From Podarcis filfolensis (taxonomy: Eukaryota), in NCBI GenBank assembly GCA_964270895.1, contig OZ185438.1: DNA of 64,000 nt. One strand, given 5' to 3'. The stretch's first letter is position 1; every line of letters starts with the position of its first letter. Below are positions 48,536 to 62,073 of this stretch, in pieces. The position numbers were made by a program, and so were the translations under genes. The notes under the pieces were generated by a model. The model saw only the letters and a program-made list of their open reading frames with translations, made no database searches and was not told the origin of the DNA.

Positions 48536-51500
48536 TTATACCCCATAATAAACATAACCTGGTGGTTGCTGCTGATTCTACTAAGGTGATGAAAATTTTG
48601 CAAATTCCCATTAAGGGTTTTAAATTATCAAATGTTATATTATGTAACTAATCCCTTAGCACATATCTGTATTCTAAACAAAGTTTGGGAAGCAGTACAA
48701 TTAAGTATCATGTGACACAAAAAGTAAAAGCTTCCTATTTAAATGTCTGAAAAGGCTAAAATTTCTTGCCTATGGTCTGAAGTATCTGAACTCTTACACA
48801 AACTTCAGACTCTTAATTCAACTCGTCTTATACTAATTTATTTGATAAAATGAATTATCTGGACAAAATACTTGAGAAAACTGTTATAGAATAGTTGTCC
48901 ATGGCATTCTAGAATCTAACACCACAAAAATACATCGCCGTTCTTCCTAATCATAAAAGCTAGGTATGCACGTGCAATAAATTCTTTACATATATATCCA
49001 CATATAGTGCTTTATTTTGCTATTGTGTTTTTTATTAAGCTCACCGCTTATTTCAAAATTTGTGACATCATAAGTAGTAATGTATTATTCACTATTTTAG
49101 CCCATGATCATGGGTACAGAAAAGATTTATTAGTCTCTGAACTTCTAAAACTGAAAGATGGTAAGACAGATGCAGTTTAAGTTGAGGAATTCATGATTTG
49201 CCTTGACAATAAAAAACATTGACACAGTTTCTGTCTCTCTCACACATACTCTAAAGGACAATAAAGTAGTAATGAACAAAATAGTACAAAAGAATAGCAA
49301 GGAAATATTCCCTAGGAAGTCCAGGAAGAGCCAAATACTTGTAATGATGCGTGAGCTTCTTTTTTAGCTATGTAGCTAATTATCTGTGAATAGGTAGATG
49401 GACCAATGAAGGAAGATTTCAGTGAAAGAATGTAGTTTATTTGCTAGATGAAGTTAATTAATTCAGCATACAGCATGTATTTCGACACTGAACCATCTAG
49501 TGTGCGACCGAACAAAAAAAGTTTTTTAACAAATGGGGCAAGCTATCTGAACATAGATGAGGGTTGGCATAGGGTTCAATAGAATCCACTTTCCTCACTC
49601 CACTTGCTCTCTCCAGTCCTGAGTTCCAATGGGACTGCTTGGGCACAGCTTCCCTAAAAGCACTTGGCAGCTCCACTCCTTCCTAGGCCTGAAAGTCACT
49701 TGGGCCGCTGGGAGGAGGAAAGAGGGCTCAGAATCCAAATCACTTATTACACACAAAACTGTGAATGAAGGAGCAGTGTTGGATTATTGTCATTACATTA
49801 CGGATAACCAGGAGGCAGCAAACTGCCAAAATGGCAACAAGACATAGCCAATATAGGTCCAGGAATGTGTGATTCCACAGAACAAGATACCCCATTTGCC
49901 ATGGGTCTGACTTTCTACTTCAGGCCTCCTTGCCTCTTTTAAAACTGTATTGAAAGCTCCAAATATGAAGCAAATAAATGGTGGGAAGATAGAATCGATA
50001 AAGTGGAAACTCATAGTTTTTAAGAGTGAAGATTATTAAGAATATTAAATCTCAAGGATTCAACCTTAGGGAATTTCCCTGCAAAAAAAGAACAAGAGGA
50101 GTGTACAATTTTGTGAAGGACATTTTATAATGCAAAATGTCACCCATTCAGAGTGGCAAATAAAAGCTAACCCAGGGCCCAGACTAGCACATGCTAAAGC
50201 TTGGAATAACAGGAGCAAGGGAAAAAGAAGAGAAGAAATTGTGTAGGTTTTTCAAAAGAAGGCTGTTCCATTTTTCTATTCACCAAAGCCACTAAATTTA
50301 AAGGGGAGGTATGTGTGAGATCTAATTAAGACTTTCTCAAAGCTTCCTTTTCTTATAAACACCTAGAGACTTTCATATTTTCTGTTAAGGAAGTAGTATC
50401 TGATGAAAGCAATAAGCTTAAAAGTAGTATCTGGGAATTCTGAGAAAGGCAGTTGCAAGGATCAGCAAGAGGATCTTCAAGAACAGAATGGCACAGAAGT
50501 TTATTTGCCCCAATCCCAAGAATTAAGGCAGCTTTTATTATTTCAAACCTACCCAAAGAAAATATGAGTATGAACATAAGGGAATACTGCATGTTAAAAG
50601 AGTGATTGATTTGATCTATAATCTTGGCCCTCTAACAAAAAAGCAAGAAGAGAAGAAGAGTTTGGATCTCAAATGCACTCACACTGTATTGTGAACTTGA
50701 TCACTGGTATACAGATTAACCTGCTAGTGCAAAAAAATTAGATCATTAACTTGTAGCAGGCCTTGAGACCTACTCAAATACATAACTTTGTGTTACGAAG
50801 AAAAGGTCAAGGTCAAAAGAGTCTTCCTGTTCATTTTTGAAAAATGGTCCTGCAAAATGATTCCCTTTTTGCTATCATTCTCATTCAATCTTATGATACA
50901 CCTGGTTGGCTTCCCTCAATATGTTTTTTTTACGTGAAACAAATCGTAACTGGTAGTAACACATAATGCTGGAACTAATTTGAGCTTTAAACCGGAAAGG
51001 AAAAGATACTTAAGCAAGAGCACAAAGGTTTTATTCATCAAGAATAATTCGTGAAATAGAATCAAAGTCAGAAAAAACAGAAATCAAGCCCTATTGAAAT
51101 GTTGCACCTAGATGGCCCTTCTACCCCTCATGAAATAGTGCAAGCCTGCGAAGACAATATACAAAGATCAACATGTCATATTATAAACCAGAAGTTAGAC
51201 TTGTCCTGCTGATATTAACTTCTGTTGCTGCTGTTGCAATAAGAGATGGTTATATGCTTTAAAAAAACAAAACAAAACCAGACCTATAATATTGGATGGT
51301 GGGAATAGAAGCTCTCTAATCTAGGGTGGCATAGGATATATTCAAGAGTTTACCGAGATAAAAACAGGAATACTAAAGTTCAGAGGTGGGGGGGGGGCAA
51401 GAACTGTGTCCTTCCAAATGCAAAAGGTCAGTTTGAACAAAATTAGTAATCCAAATGCTTTTGTCGTGAGGTATCTGAATGTACATATAATTATACATGA

Positions 51501-52730
51501 TTAAACTTCATCTGAGTTAAATTCTTTATCTTCTGACCTTTAACAGTGATGTACATGTATACCTTTGTTTGTAGTACTAAGGGTAACATTCATAGTAGAT
51601 TTCTCCCCCTTTGTCTCATCCATTTTCCTCTTGGGCAATGTGCTGTTCCAGAATCTTCATTACTACTGATTAGTCTTGACAAGGAGTCTTCTCATCTGTG
51701 GATCTCACTCTTCTTGTTTTGAGTTTCCATTTAGCTATGTCACCATGACATCCATTCTAGGGCCATGATTCATTTGAGACTGTTGTAATATTATAAACCA
51801 ACTATTAAAGGATGGCAGTGATGCAGCATACAATCTTTAAGTATAAATATATTGCAATCTTGCCATTAAGATTCATGGGCATATCAGACTCCAACTGATC
51901 AGTCATCAAGTAGATATTCCTTGACTACAATAGGAATTTCAATCTAATCCTAAATGCAAAGTTAACTTTCACTGCAGGAATCTCAAGTGCCAGGAGATTG
52001 CTCTCTGTCAGATATATATACCTACTGCTTCTTTTCAATAATGTGACCTAAGGAAAAGGGTAGTCCATCCTATACATGTGGTCAGATAATCGATTTTTCA
52101 AGATAATTCCAATAGGATGAACTGATTTAACGGGGGGAAATACAGAGAGCAAACACTTAAGAGCATCAACCTAAATTTTTTTAATCACCTTGCTAATTAC
52201 AATCATTGAGGCATGATTCAAATTTCCAAAAAGTATCCCTAGGAGGTTTATAAACATACAAATGCGATAGGGGGTCTACTGAGTTAATTTTCTGAGTTGA
52301 CAAAAGGAAACTTGCCCCTATTCTTTTCTTCCTTGCAATTTTGCAGCTGACTTACTGGGTGGAGGGGAGGGAAAGGGGAATTGAATACCACTCGCATCCT
52401 GAATGTATCATCCACTTATAATGTCACATACTTTGAACAAAACATAGGCCTACTTAAAACTCTAAGAAAGGGGGGGAGGATTAAAAAGGTTTTTTAAATT
52501 AAAAAACCCCTAAACTGGGGTGATTGCCACTTTATCTGTAGCTTAAAATGTTTCGTCATTAATGCCATGAGACAATCTTAAGAAAATAAAACCTCAATTC
52601 TTAATGTAATATGCCCATTTAAAAATAATCAAACTTAATATATTGTTAGTTTACAATTTTTTTTTTATAAAACTGTAATTAGGGTAAGCAAAAGCATGCA
52701 AATCTATATATGCTATATCTGAATTCCTAG

Positions 52731-52966
52731 NNNNNNNNNNNNNNNNNNNNNNNNNNNNNNNNNNNNNNNNNNNNNNNNNNNNNNNNNNNNNNNNNNNNNN
52801 NNNNNNNNNNNNNNNNNNNNNNNNNNNNNNNNNNNNNNNNNNNNNNNNNNNNNNNNNNNNNNNNNNNNNNNNNNNNNNNNNNNNNNNNNNNNNNNNNNNN
52901 NNNNNNNNNNNNNNNNNNNNNNNNNNNNNNNNNNNNNNNNNNNNNNNNNNNNNNNNNNNNNNNNNN
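52731..52966. other. Assembly gap (236 N) in ANKRD10 intron 3
   Basis: Run of n in the sequence. Confidence 1.
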
Positions 52967-54692
52967 AATCTTCTCTTTGATTTAAAAAAAAAAACGGGCA
53001 ATGGTGCATAAAACAGGAAACTTACATCATAAGGGATCACATATTTGCAGGCAACATTAAGATTAAAAGTTATATTAACATACATAAAGTGCAGTAGCAC
53101 ATAATTATTATTAAGCCATCATCATGTGACCACCTTAACAATGAGACAGAGCGCCTGACTCAAGCACGGACTCTCAAGCACGGATTTTCATCCTGAAGCC
53201 CATTGTAATTCTGTCAGTTCTCTGAAATGTAAACATGATATGTACTAGAAACAAATTGTCAATTCATGGCTTCCGTTACTTTAAATTTTGGTAAATTGCA
53301 TGTAAAGAGAATTACCAACTATGCCTACACGAAAAGGTAGCTAATACATGGGATTAAAGAATAAAACTCTTGCTACAGCACTGCAGAAGTGAACAAGTTT
53401 TTTTTTCCATAGGCTCCTCAGACCCCAGCCTAAGACCGTTAAAGCATTAAATAAATAATAATAATAATGATAATGATAATAATAAGATAAAGAAGCTAAA
53501 CTGAAAGTTTTAACCCTTTGGCATCCAAAAATAGAAAGTACAACAGAATGATCTTGAAATTGTGGCTAACAAGAGACCAATTGGGGAAAACTTGTACTGC
53601 AAACATACATAATTATGGTGCCATGCTTTCATTTCACATCAAATAACTTATCTGTATTTTTTCAGCATGAGGATTATTATATTTCTTCTTTGCTTCTGTA
53701 CTTTGCTTTACAAAGATCTTCAAGTTCTGATATTGAATACGCAGATATGGCTAACTGCTCACCACTATGTTCTCCCTGCTTCCTTCTTCTAACATATCTT
53801 AGTCTAAGAGCCTTCAGAAGTTTCCTTCACTGTTGCCATAAAGCTGAAATAAGACTGCAGACAGAATTTTAAACTGTGTTTTCTTAAGAAAGGCATTTCC
53901 CCCCCCCCTTAGTCAGAAAGGGAGCACAAAGCTGGGTAAAGTAACACTGACAAGTCCTAATAAATGTATTTCCCTACAATTCCAATATTCCTGAACTTGT
54001 TCTCTCCAAAGTTGTATATGCAGCGTTTTTAACTACTCCTGTACAAAAGGGGAAAGAGATTCCTAATTCTTTTCGTCTGCCACTCTCCTATAACTGAAAT
54101 CACAGAGCTGACAAGAATTGACATGCTCAGGTTCCCCACAAAATAAAAAAGATGGGCTTTTGGCCCACTAGTATGTTACCCTGAATCAGCTATAATTTAC
54201 TATTTTTGTAAGTTTGCACTTTCTGTGTAACCTAAGTGTTATTATATTATATGCTTAGGATTGAATAAACAAAAAAACCCCAACAACTACAAGGTTCCAT
54301 CTTTCTTGTGGGATTTTACAAGTACTTACAGTACTTCAATATGATGAAGAAACATCCAAGGAGTGTATTAAATGAGACAAATCAATAGTTTTTTTCAGGT
54401 GGCAATATCAAACATAGCCAAAACACAAGCACTGTTAAATCTTGACAAAGTGACTACAGAAACAAGAAGTCTTACATTATGTAAAGCAAGATGCTGTTCA
54501 ATTCAGTCCCCTTAATTAGGAATTATTTTGAAGCATTCTGGATTTGTAAAATGTCATTTACAAATAGACTGAAAGGAAAATACAGAAGATGACCCTGAAT
54601 GTTGCATTTATTCTTTATAAAAGCTACTGTGCATTTTGGATCCGAGAGCTATCCTTCTCTTACCAGATAGCAAGCTTTAAATAACCAAAGTT

Positions 54693-55000
54693 AGGTAAAG
54701 GTACCCCTGACCGTTAGGTCCAGTCGCGGACGACTCCGGGGTTGCGGCGCTCATCTCGCTTTACTGGCCAAGGGAGCCGGCATACAGTGGCCAGCATGAC
54801 TAAGCCGCTTCTGGCGAACCAGAGCAGCGCACGGAAACACTGTTTGCCTTCCTGCTGGAGCGGTACCTATTTATCTACTTGCACTTTTTGGCATGCTTTC
54901 GAACTGCTAGGTTGGCAGGAGTTGGGACCGAGCAACGGGAGCTCACCCCATCGCGGGGATTTGAACTGCCAACCTTCTGATCGGCAAGCCCTAGGCTCTG
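54693..55000 (-). mobile_element. Sauria SINE, slightly 5'-truncated with small deletions
   Basis: Homologous to the other copies. Confidence 0.88.
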
Positions 55001-55498
55001 TAGTAGCTAAAATGCAATTTCTAAAAAAACCTAATATCCAGGCAAAAATTTAACAGGTTGCCTTTTACAGTGCACTGGAATGTGTACGTTGAATAAATAT
55101 TAATAAGACACTGCCTTTCTGAATTAAATGTGGTCTATGGAACTGGATGTTAAGTAACAACACTGCTCATGTCTACTTTTACAAACCAAACAAGAGGAAA
55201 AATTACAAACATTTCTCATCTTCCTACCAAAATATATTACAACCTGCAGGTATAGTGTATTCATGCTTTGCATGTAGAGACAGAAGACAATCTTGAGACT
55301 TCATAAAATCATATGTAAAGTGAAGATATAATTGGGAAAATAAAGAATGGCTTGGATTCCACGGGAGCCCTATGCAATATATATTGTGAATGCTTACAGA
55401 ACCAGCCTCTGGTAAGCAGAATGATGAACACTAGCTGCATATGCTTCTCTTCCCTACAAACCAATACAAAAGCTGATACATTGAGGAAGAGAATCGAA

Positions 55499-56030
55499 AT
55501 CATGGATTCTATGGGTGAAGACAGAGGAATGGTGGGATGCACCAGCTAGGGAACCCCCAAGTGAAGAAGGCTCAAGCCCAGGGATTGGTGGTGGGAGGAT
55601 GATGAGTGGTCAGAGGGAGAAGACTGGGTGGTGATATTGTCAGAAGCTGAAAAGCTAACAGGGTTCAGTGAACAGGGAAAGTTTGTTGCAGAGAGAAGTT
55701 CAGAATCAGAAGCAGGAGAGGAGGGAAGCCAAGAGCCAGAGATGAGTTGGGCTGGTGAAGAAGCCAGAGTGCCTCTCCCTCCTGCTGTGAAAGCCCTTCC
55801 CTCGGTCTCCCAAGACCAGGAATGGTATGAAGGAGGAGGAGAAAAGACAGGTGTGCCCGGAGAGTCTCAGATTGCTTGGGATGGACCTGGTAGAGGAGCC
55901 TTAGGCAGTTTGGGAAGGTGGGGACACAACTGCTTCACCTACTGAGAAGAGCTGCTGTGCTCATTAGGCATGGCTCCTCTGAGCAGACCTTGTTTCTGGC
56001 TTATTCTTGACAGCTGATGTAATTTAAGTC
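55499..56030. mobile_element. Purine-rich LTR-like interspersed repeat, unclassified
   Basis: GC/purine-rich block inside an AT-rich intron that resembles lacertid LTR-like repeats as I recall them. Termini not resolved. Confidence 0.35.
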
Positions 56031-57780
56031 CTGCCACATCCATCAAAAAGGGGAAACGTCACCTTTGTTCTGATTACTTTGCTAACACTAGGCACACTGT
56101 TCAGTTTATAAATGTAGATTAAAAGATTGGGGACCCTGAATCTATTGATGGTCCTAAATCTTCACTTGTAATGGAACAAACAGTGCACATTTCTGCCTTC
56201 TATTTAATAGCTCTATAGAAATGAAACTTGTTAGTCAGCTTCATAGCAAAAGAACTGTAATGAGCCAGCAGTATTTTGCAGACCACAGTGATTCCTATTT
56301 GGTCTTGGACTCAATCTTGTGGTTGGCAAAGCCCACTCCAGCTAGTTGTGAACACATGAACTTTTCAATGAAAGATACTACATTCATGACTCTAGAATTC
56401 TGTGTAGAAGGAAATCTTAAATCTAATTTGTATTGTTATAATTACGTAGCTGCAGGTTTTATATTTAGATGCAAGCTGGTTGCTTTCCATGAGTACGGGT
56501 GGTGCTTTGGCATTAGGTAGAAATTGTGGGTTGGGGTACTCTCCCCTTGGATTCCTGTTCTGCGAGACCCCTTTGGATTCTCCTGTGAGACTATGGCAAC
56601 CTGTTGTCATATATATGCACACAGGTTAGGGTGTTTCTTCTTCCTCCCTGGGATACCCAAGAGTTGAGCCAATTCATCCTGTCTCATCTCTACCATCTTT
56701 GTGCTAAAACCTAAAAGCTGTTAACATAGCGCTGTTCACAAAGGAAAACTTGTGATTCCAATAGTCCTTCGTCAGAAATTTATAATGCAGCTCAACTGAA
56801 CTGTTGCAGCTCTGAAGTAGTCTACATAGATGAAGCAATCCTTCAATTACCTTGAAGTACTTGAAGATGTGGTGAACAGAAGATATATTGTAGTTATAAT
56901 TAAAAGAATTTATACACCGTCTTTCATTTCTAGAAGAAATACAAGATGTTAAGAACCTTGACAGAAACTGCAGGAAAGTGATGAGAGATCTTCTCCTGTT
57001 TAATGCTACATACACTCAGTTACCTACAGACACATACTTCAGCTATGTTATAAAAATGTAGATTTAAAAAATATATTTTTATTGACTTTCACTGATGTTA
57101 CACTAGAAAGGCAAAAGAAAACATGGCACCAAAATTGTACATGCGCTGGTACAAGAATAAATATGTAAAATGCACAAATATTTGTCATTATGCAGTTCTC
57201 AAATCAAGTCACTTTATGTATCCACATTAAAAAGTTACACCTCAAACCTTTTATTTATATGAGGACATTAGGACCACCTGCGTCCCTTCTTCTCGTGTCC
57301 ATGAACACTGAACCAAAGTTAAAGGAGCAACCATGTTTATATCTGTTGGGTATACAGTGCACAGAATATGCTCCAGCTAAAATGAGAAGGTAAAATCCAA
57401 CAAAACACATCAAAATATTTTCCACTGGGGTACATTTAACATTGCTGTCTATTAAATATACACAACTCAACGGATCCAACTTCAGCATTAGGGAAAGCAA
57501 CACTTTCTTATTTTAATCCCCTTATTTCAGAATTGCTAGGGTTTTTTTGTTTTTTTAAAAATTGGAATTGATTAAAAGTTTCAGGCTAAGAGCCTCCCAT
57601 TCCCAATTAAACTGGCAAAAATGTTATTAGTAAAACATAAAAATGCTAAAGCAAGCAAAATAGTCATGCTTTAAAACAGTATTTCAATTATGAAATGTCA
57701 CTGTAATGTGAATTTAACATTACAAGATTTTTCACCATGAAAAAGACAATGAAGCCTTGGATGTGTGTTCATTTCAGGCC

Positions 57781-57977
57781 TAATAATAATAATAATAATT
57801 TATTATTTGTACCCCGCCCATCTGGCTGGGTTTCCCCAGCCACTCTGGACGGCTTCCACAGAGACCAAAAATATACTAAAATGTCACACATTAAAAACTT
57901 CCCTGAACAGGGCTGCCTTAAGATGTCTTCTGAATGTCAGGTAGTTGTTTATCACTTTGACATCTGATGGGAGGGCG
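57781..57977 (-). mobile_element. L2 LINE 3' end, short copy
   Basis: Near identical to about 1610-1790. Confidence 0.85.
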
Positions 57978-59226
57978 TGAATGTGCATTACTGTATTGTA
58001 TTTTTAATCCATGTTTCCAAAATGACAGATTTATATATCTGCCTATGCAAACAAAGTTATATGAAGATACTAGAAATGCATTTTGTCCAATCTTTTTTTA
58101 AAATGTCAGTATTTTAGGTATGGTTAAAACTAAGCTCCACAGAAAACCAAGGTCGAATTCAGTGGAGGAATTCTACTGATATATCATAATACAATTTAGA
58201 CATTGCAAAAGCCATTTTGAATAGCATTACTGAATATTTGTGATCAGAACAAAGTTAGGCAAGACAAAAAAGTATGGAGTGTGTTATTTTTTTAAACTCA
58301 CTTATTATCTTGTGCAATGTGACTACCTCTTAAACTTCAGTTTTCAAAGCGGATACCTATATTGCCAATTACCTTGCAGTAACTAATGAGAACATCTTTA
58401 TTTTCAACATCTAGATTTGAAAACTAGAACTGAGAACTGAAACCCTCATATCGTTCTAGTAGTGCTCATGAGTTTTTTCAACCACCCGCCTATGTATAGC
58501 TCCTTATATGCCCAACACGAATCTTGCTTACGTAATGCCTGGCATGTTTATGATACTATACAAATGGTTTGCATTACTACTGCACAACAAAAGCAAATTG
58601 AAATGTTCGCAGGTAGATCAGTAAATTTATTATTATGACAGTAGGCATCAAATTAATGTTTAATTTAAAAAAATGGCTGCTTTGCATATTTGGAAGTTTT
58701 AGTACTTTCAGATATCACATTATTGAAACAATTTAATTCCATATGTTTCCATGCTTGCCAAACACAAAGCTGGTTGTTACCAAACACCATTGTTCTAAAG
58801 AACTGCTCCCTGAGATGAGCAGGTGTGTACATATATAACCCAGCATGTAGGAAACTCAAGGTGCTTTGTACTAAGGGGTCACCAATGGTCAAAACCCAGA
58901 CAGAATGAACGTACATTCTGTGACAAAAAGGGATAGAAAATTGGAGCCTGGAATGATTTTTAAAAATTAATCTACTGAGTAACCTTACAGTAATTGAGTC
59001 TCATGTCTTATCTGTTGAGGTTCTTTTAGACCCCCAAGGATTTATCGTGTTCTAAAACTAAAACAGCACAGAAAGGAAGAAGGGTAACTAAGCTTGTGTT
59101 AGAAATCTACTTTTTAAATAAATCATTTGGTAAGAACAGACACTTTGCTCATACTCAAAAGTTACTTGCATGTTGCCATTTATCACAAATCACTGATGAT
59201 TTGATAACTGGGGACCGAGTGTTGAA

Positions 59227-59300
59227 ATTCCTGCATTGCAGAGGGTTGGACTAAATGACCCTTGGGGTCCCTTCCACCTCTACAATTCTATGATTCTATG
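59227..59300 (+). mobile_element. CR1 LINE 3' tail
   Basis: GGTTGGACTAAATGACC...ATTCTATGATTCTATG terminal motif. Confidence 0.75.
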
Positions 59301-60664
59301 AAGATTGTGGGCCTAATGGAGAAACCATTAAAAGCCAGAGAAAAGCTAAATGTATTAAGTTGGCACGAACAATGAGTGCTAGTAAGTGCTCTGCTTGCTA
59401 TGTAATGTCTGAAAGTACAGCAAATATAAATATTTAACAGCAACTATATTCTGAAACACAGTCCTTACAAAATACAGTAATTTTACTTTATATAGGTCTT
59501 ATTTTATTTTCCCCAAGCATTTTCCTCAAACAACTTATCTTGCACAGTAAGTTCTATATCTTCCTGCTATCTCCATTTTTTTATTGTCAGGTTTTCTATT
59601 TAAGATAAATTTTTGTCCTCCATTTGAGATGTGGCTCTATTTAGGCATCCGCATTTGAAAACTTCAGTAGAATATTTCATGTTTTAAAAAGGGTATAGAC
59701 CGGGGGTGTGGGGGTGTGGAGAAAACTTACCAAGTTTCAGGTAAGACCAAAGATTTTGGACAGGTCTAAAGATTTTATTAGAATAATTCAATGGAAGACC
59801 TATGAGATATATACACTTTTTGAGCAAGACCATTATGTTGAATAACTTATAAAATGTGTAAGAGGATTTAAGGTATCTCTCTATTGAGTTTCAGTATTAG
59901 CCGATTTAATAAATGGAAACCAAAGGGTTAAACAAGAACCAAACTCTTATTGTACTAAAAGGAAAGTTTATACTTCAGATTAAGATACAAAGTACTATTT
60001 AAATACTAAAACTAGCTGTAAGAGAAAAAGCTAACATCATTTATATTATAAGCCATACAGCTTATACTCAACAGTTCTAGTGAACAGTGCATCCAATTTG
60101 TCCATGCGGTATGTTGCCATTGTTTGTGAGATTTTCTGAATGTTTTGAAGAACACAGTACCTTTAAAGAAAAAGTTAAAAGTGCAAGAACAGAACTTACT
60201 ATGAAACACTACCAATCCTACTAATGTGCATACCTAAAATTCTATTCTAACAAATAACTAATTGGTCTGTCATATTTTAAATATAGCTATAGGCTCTTAA
60301 ATACTTAATAGCTTATTCTACAAAGTGCAATTAATAGTGTTAACTTAAAAATGCACTCTTTCATGGATGACAGACATTGATTTCACTTTTGGCTGCAATG
60401 CTATGCACACTTGCATGGGAGTAAAAGGCCACTGAATACAGTGGAACTTACTTCTGAGTAAATGTGTATAGGATTGCACTGTAAAATGTGTAAAGTTACA
60501 AGACATGTTAAAGGTACAATACTTAGCATAATTCAACATGTCTAATTGAAATCATCTCCATTAGTTGCCTGTTGTTCTGCGTTTCTCAGTTAATATCTGA
60601 GTTTACTGCTCTATGTTAGTTAACTAGACACACAACTACTCAAAATATCTCCAAACCTTACTTA

Positions 60665-60805
<141 letters not shown>

Positions 60806-61251
60806 CTAAGAATTATTGGACTGAAGAGAAAAAATGGGTAATGACAGATTAGCAAAGCGACTTGGACTGACTATAGGACAGATGTGCAAATATTTGACCA
60901 GAGGCAGGTAGAATATGAGTCATGTAGACCTCCAAAGATTATTAGCTACATATCATCAACCCCCAGCTGATACGGCCTATGATGACTATTTTTTTAATAC
61001 CTGAAAAGCAGTATATATATTTAAACAATACGTAAATAAAACTACTGCTTCAAAGAGCTCCAGGTGTCTTGAAGCATCAACTTCCTACCACTTATTTTGG
61101 ACAAGCTAAAATTTCCACCTCTCTGTCTTGACAGCACCAGTTTGCATGTCAAATGAAGAGGATAAAAGACACTTTAATTCACTGGGGTCACCTGTACCTC
61201 AAAAGTGAGGAAGCTGGAGCACCTCCAAGCTACAAACCTGATCCTTTAGAG

Positions 61252-61387
61252 CAGTGATGGTCAAACTTGGCCCTCCAGCTGTTTCGGGACAACAATTCCC
61301 ATCATCCCTGACCACTGGTCCTGTTAGCTAGGGATGATGGGAGTTGTAGTCCCCAAGCAGCTAGAGGACAAAGTTTGGCCATCACTG
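61252..61387. mobile_element. hAT-type short MITE
   Basis: TIRs CAGTGATGGTCAAACTT / AAGTTTGGCCATCACTG and a perfect 8-bp TSD CTTTAGAG. Confidence 0.88.
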
Positions 61388-61860
61388 CTTTAGAGGAAGT
61401 GAAACCCCATCCAAAACAAGTTGAAGATCATGAGAATATTGCCCATTCACAATATCTTTATTTTGTCTAGACTGATTCTCTATTTCAGCCCTCATCCAGT
61501 CCATAACCATGGACTGTAGTAGTTTACAACACCACTGTGTCACATGGATATGATGTAAAAGGATGTGTATAGCTTGGTGTCATCTGCAGATTGATGACAC
61601 CTCAGCCAATGCCAGATAACATGTCCTAACCATTTGATGCCGGTATTGAATGGCACGGGAGATGACAACCATGGGCTGGTGCAGTAATGATCCCCAGCAT
61701 CACGTTCTGAAATAGGTCATTCAAGCAGGAGCAAATCCACAGAGACAGCTTATCCAGGATACTGAAATACCTCTCTTAAGGATATGTTCAAACAACGTGA
61801 GTCACAAACCTGAAAAATCTTATGAGTGTACAGTAGTTTGACAATTACAGCATAAGATTA

Positions 61861-62073
<213 letters not shown>

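Noticed and set aside
52651-53100. ORFs of 149 and 98 aa spanning the N run
   Set aside because: Artefacts of translating the assembly gap.
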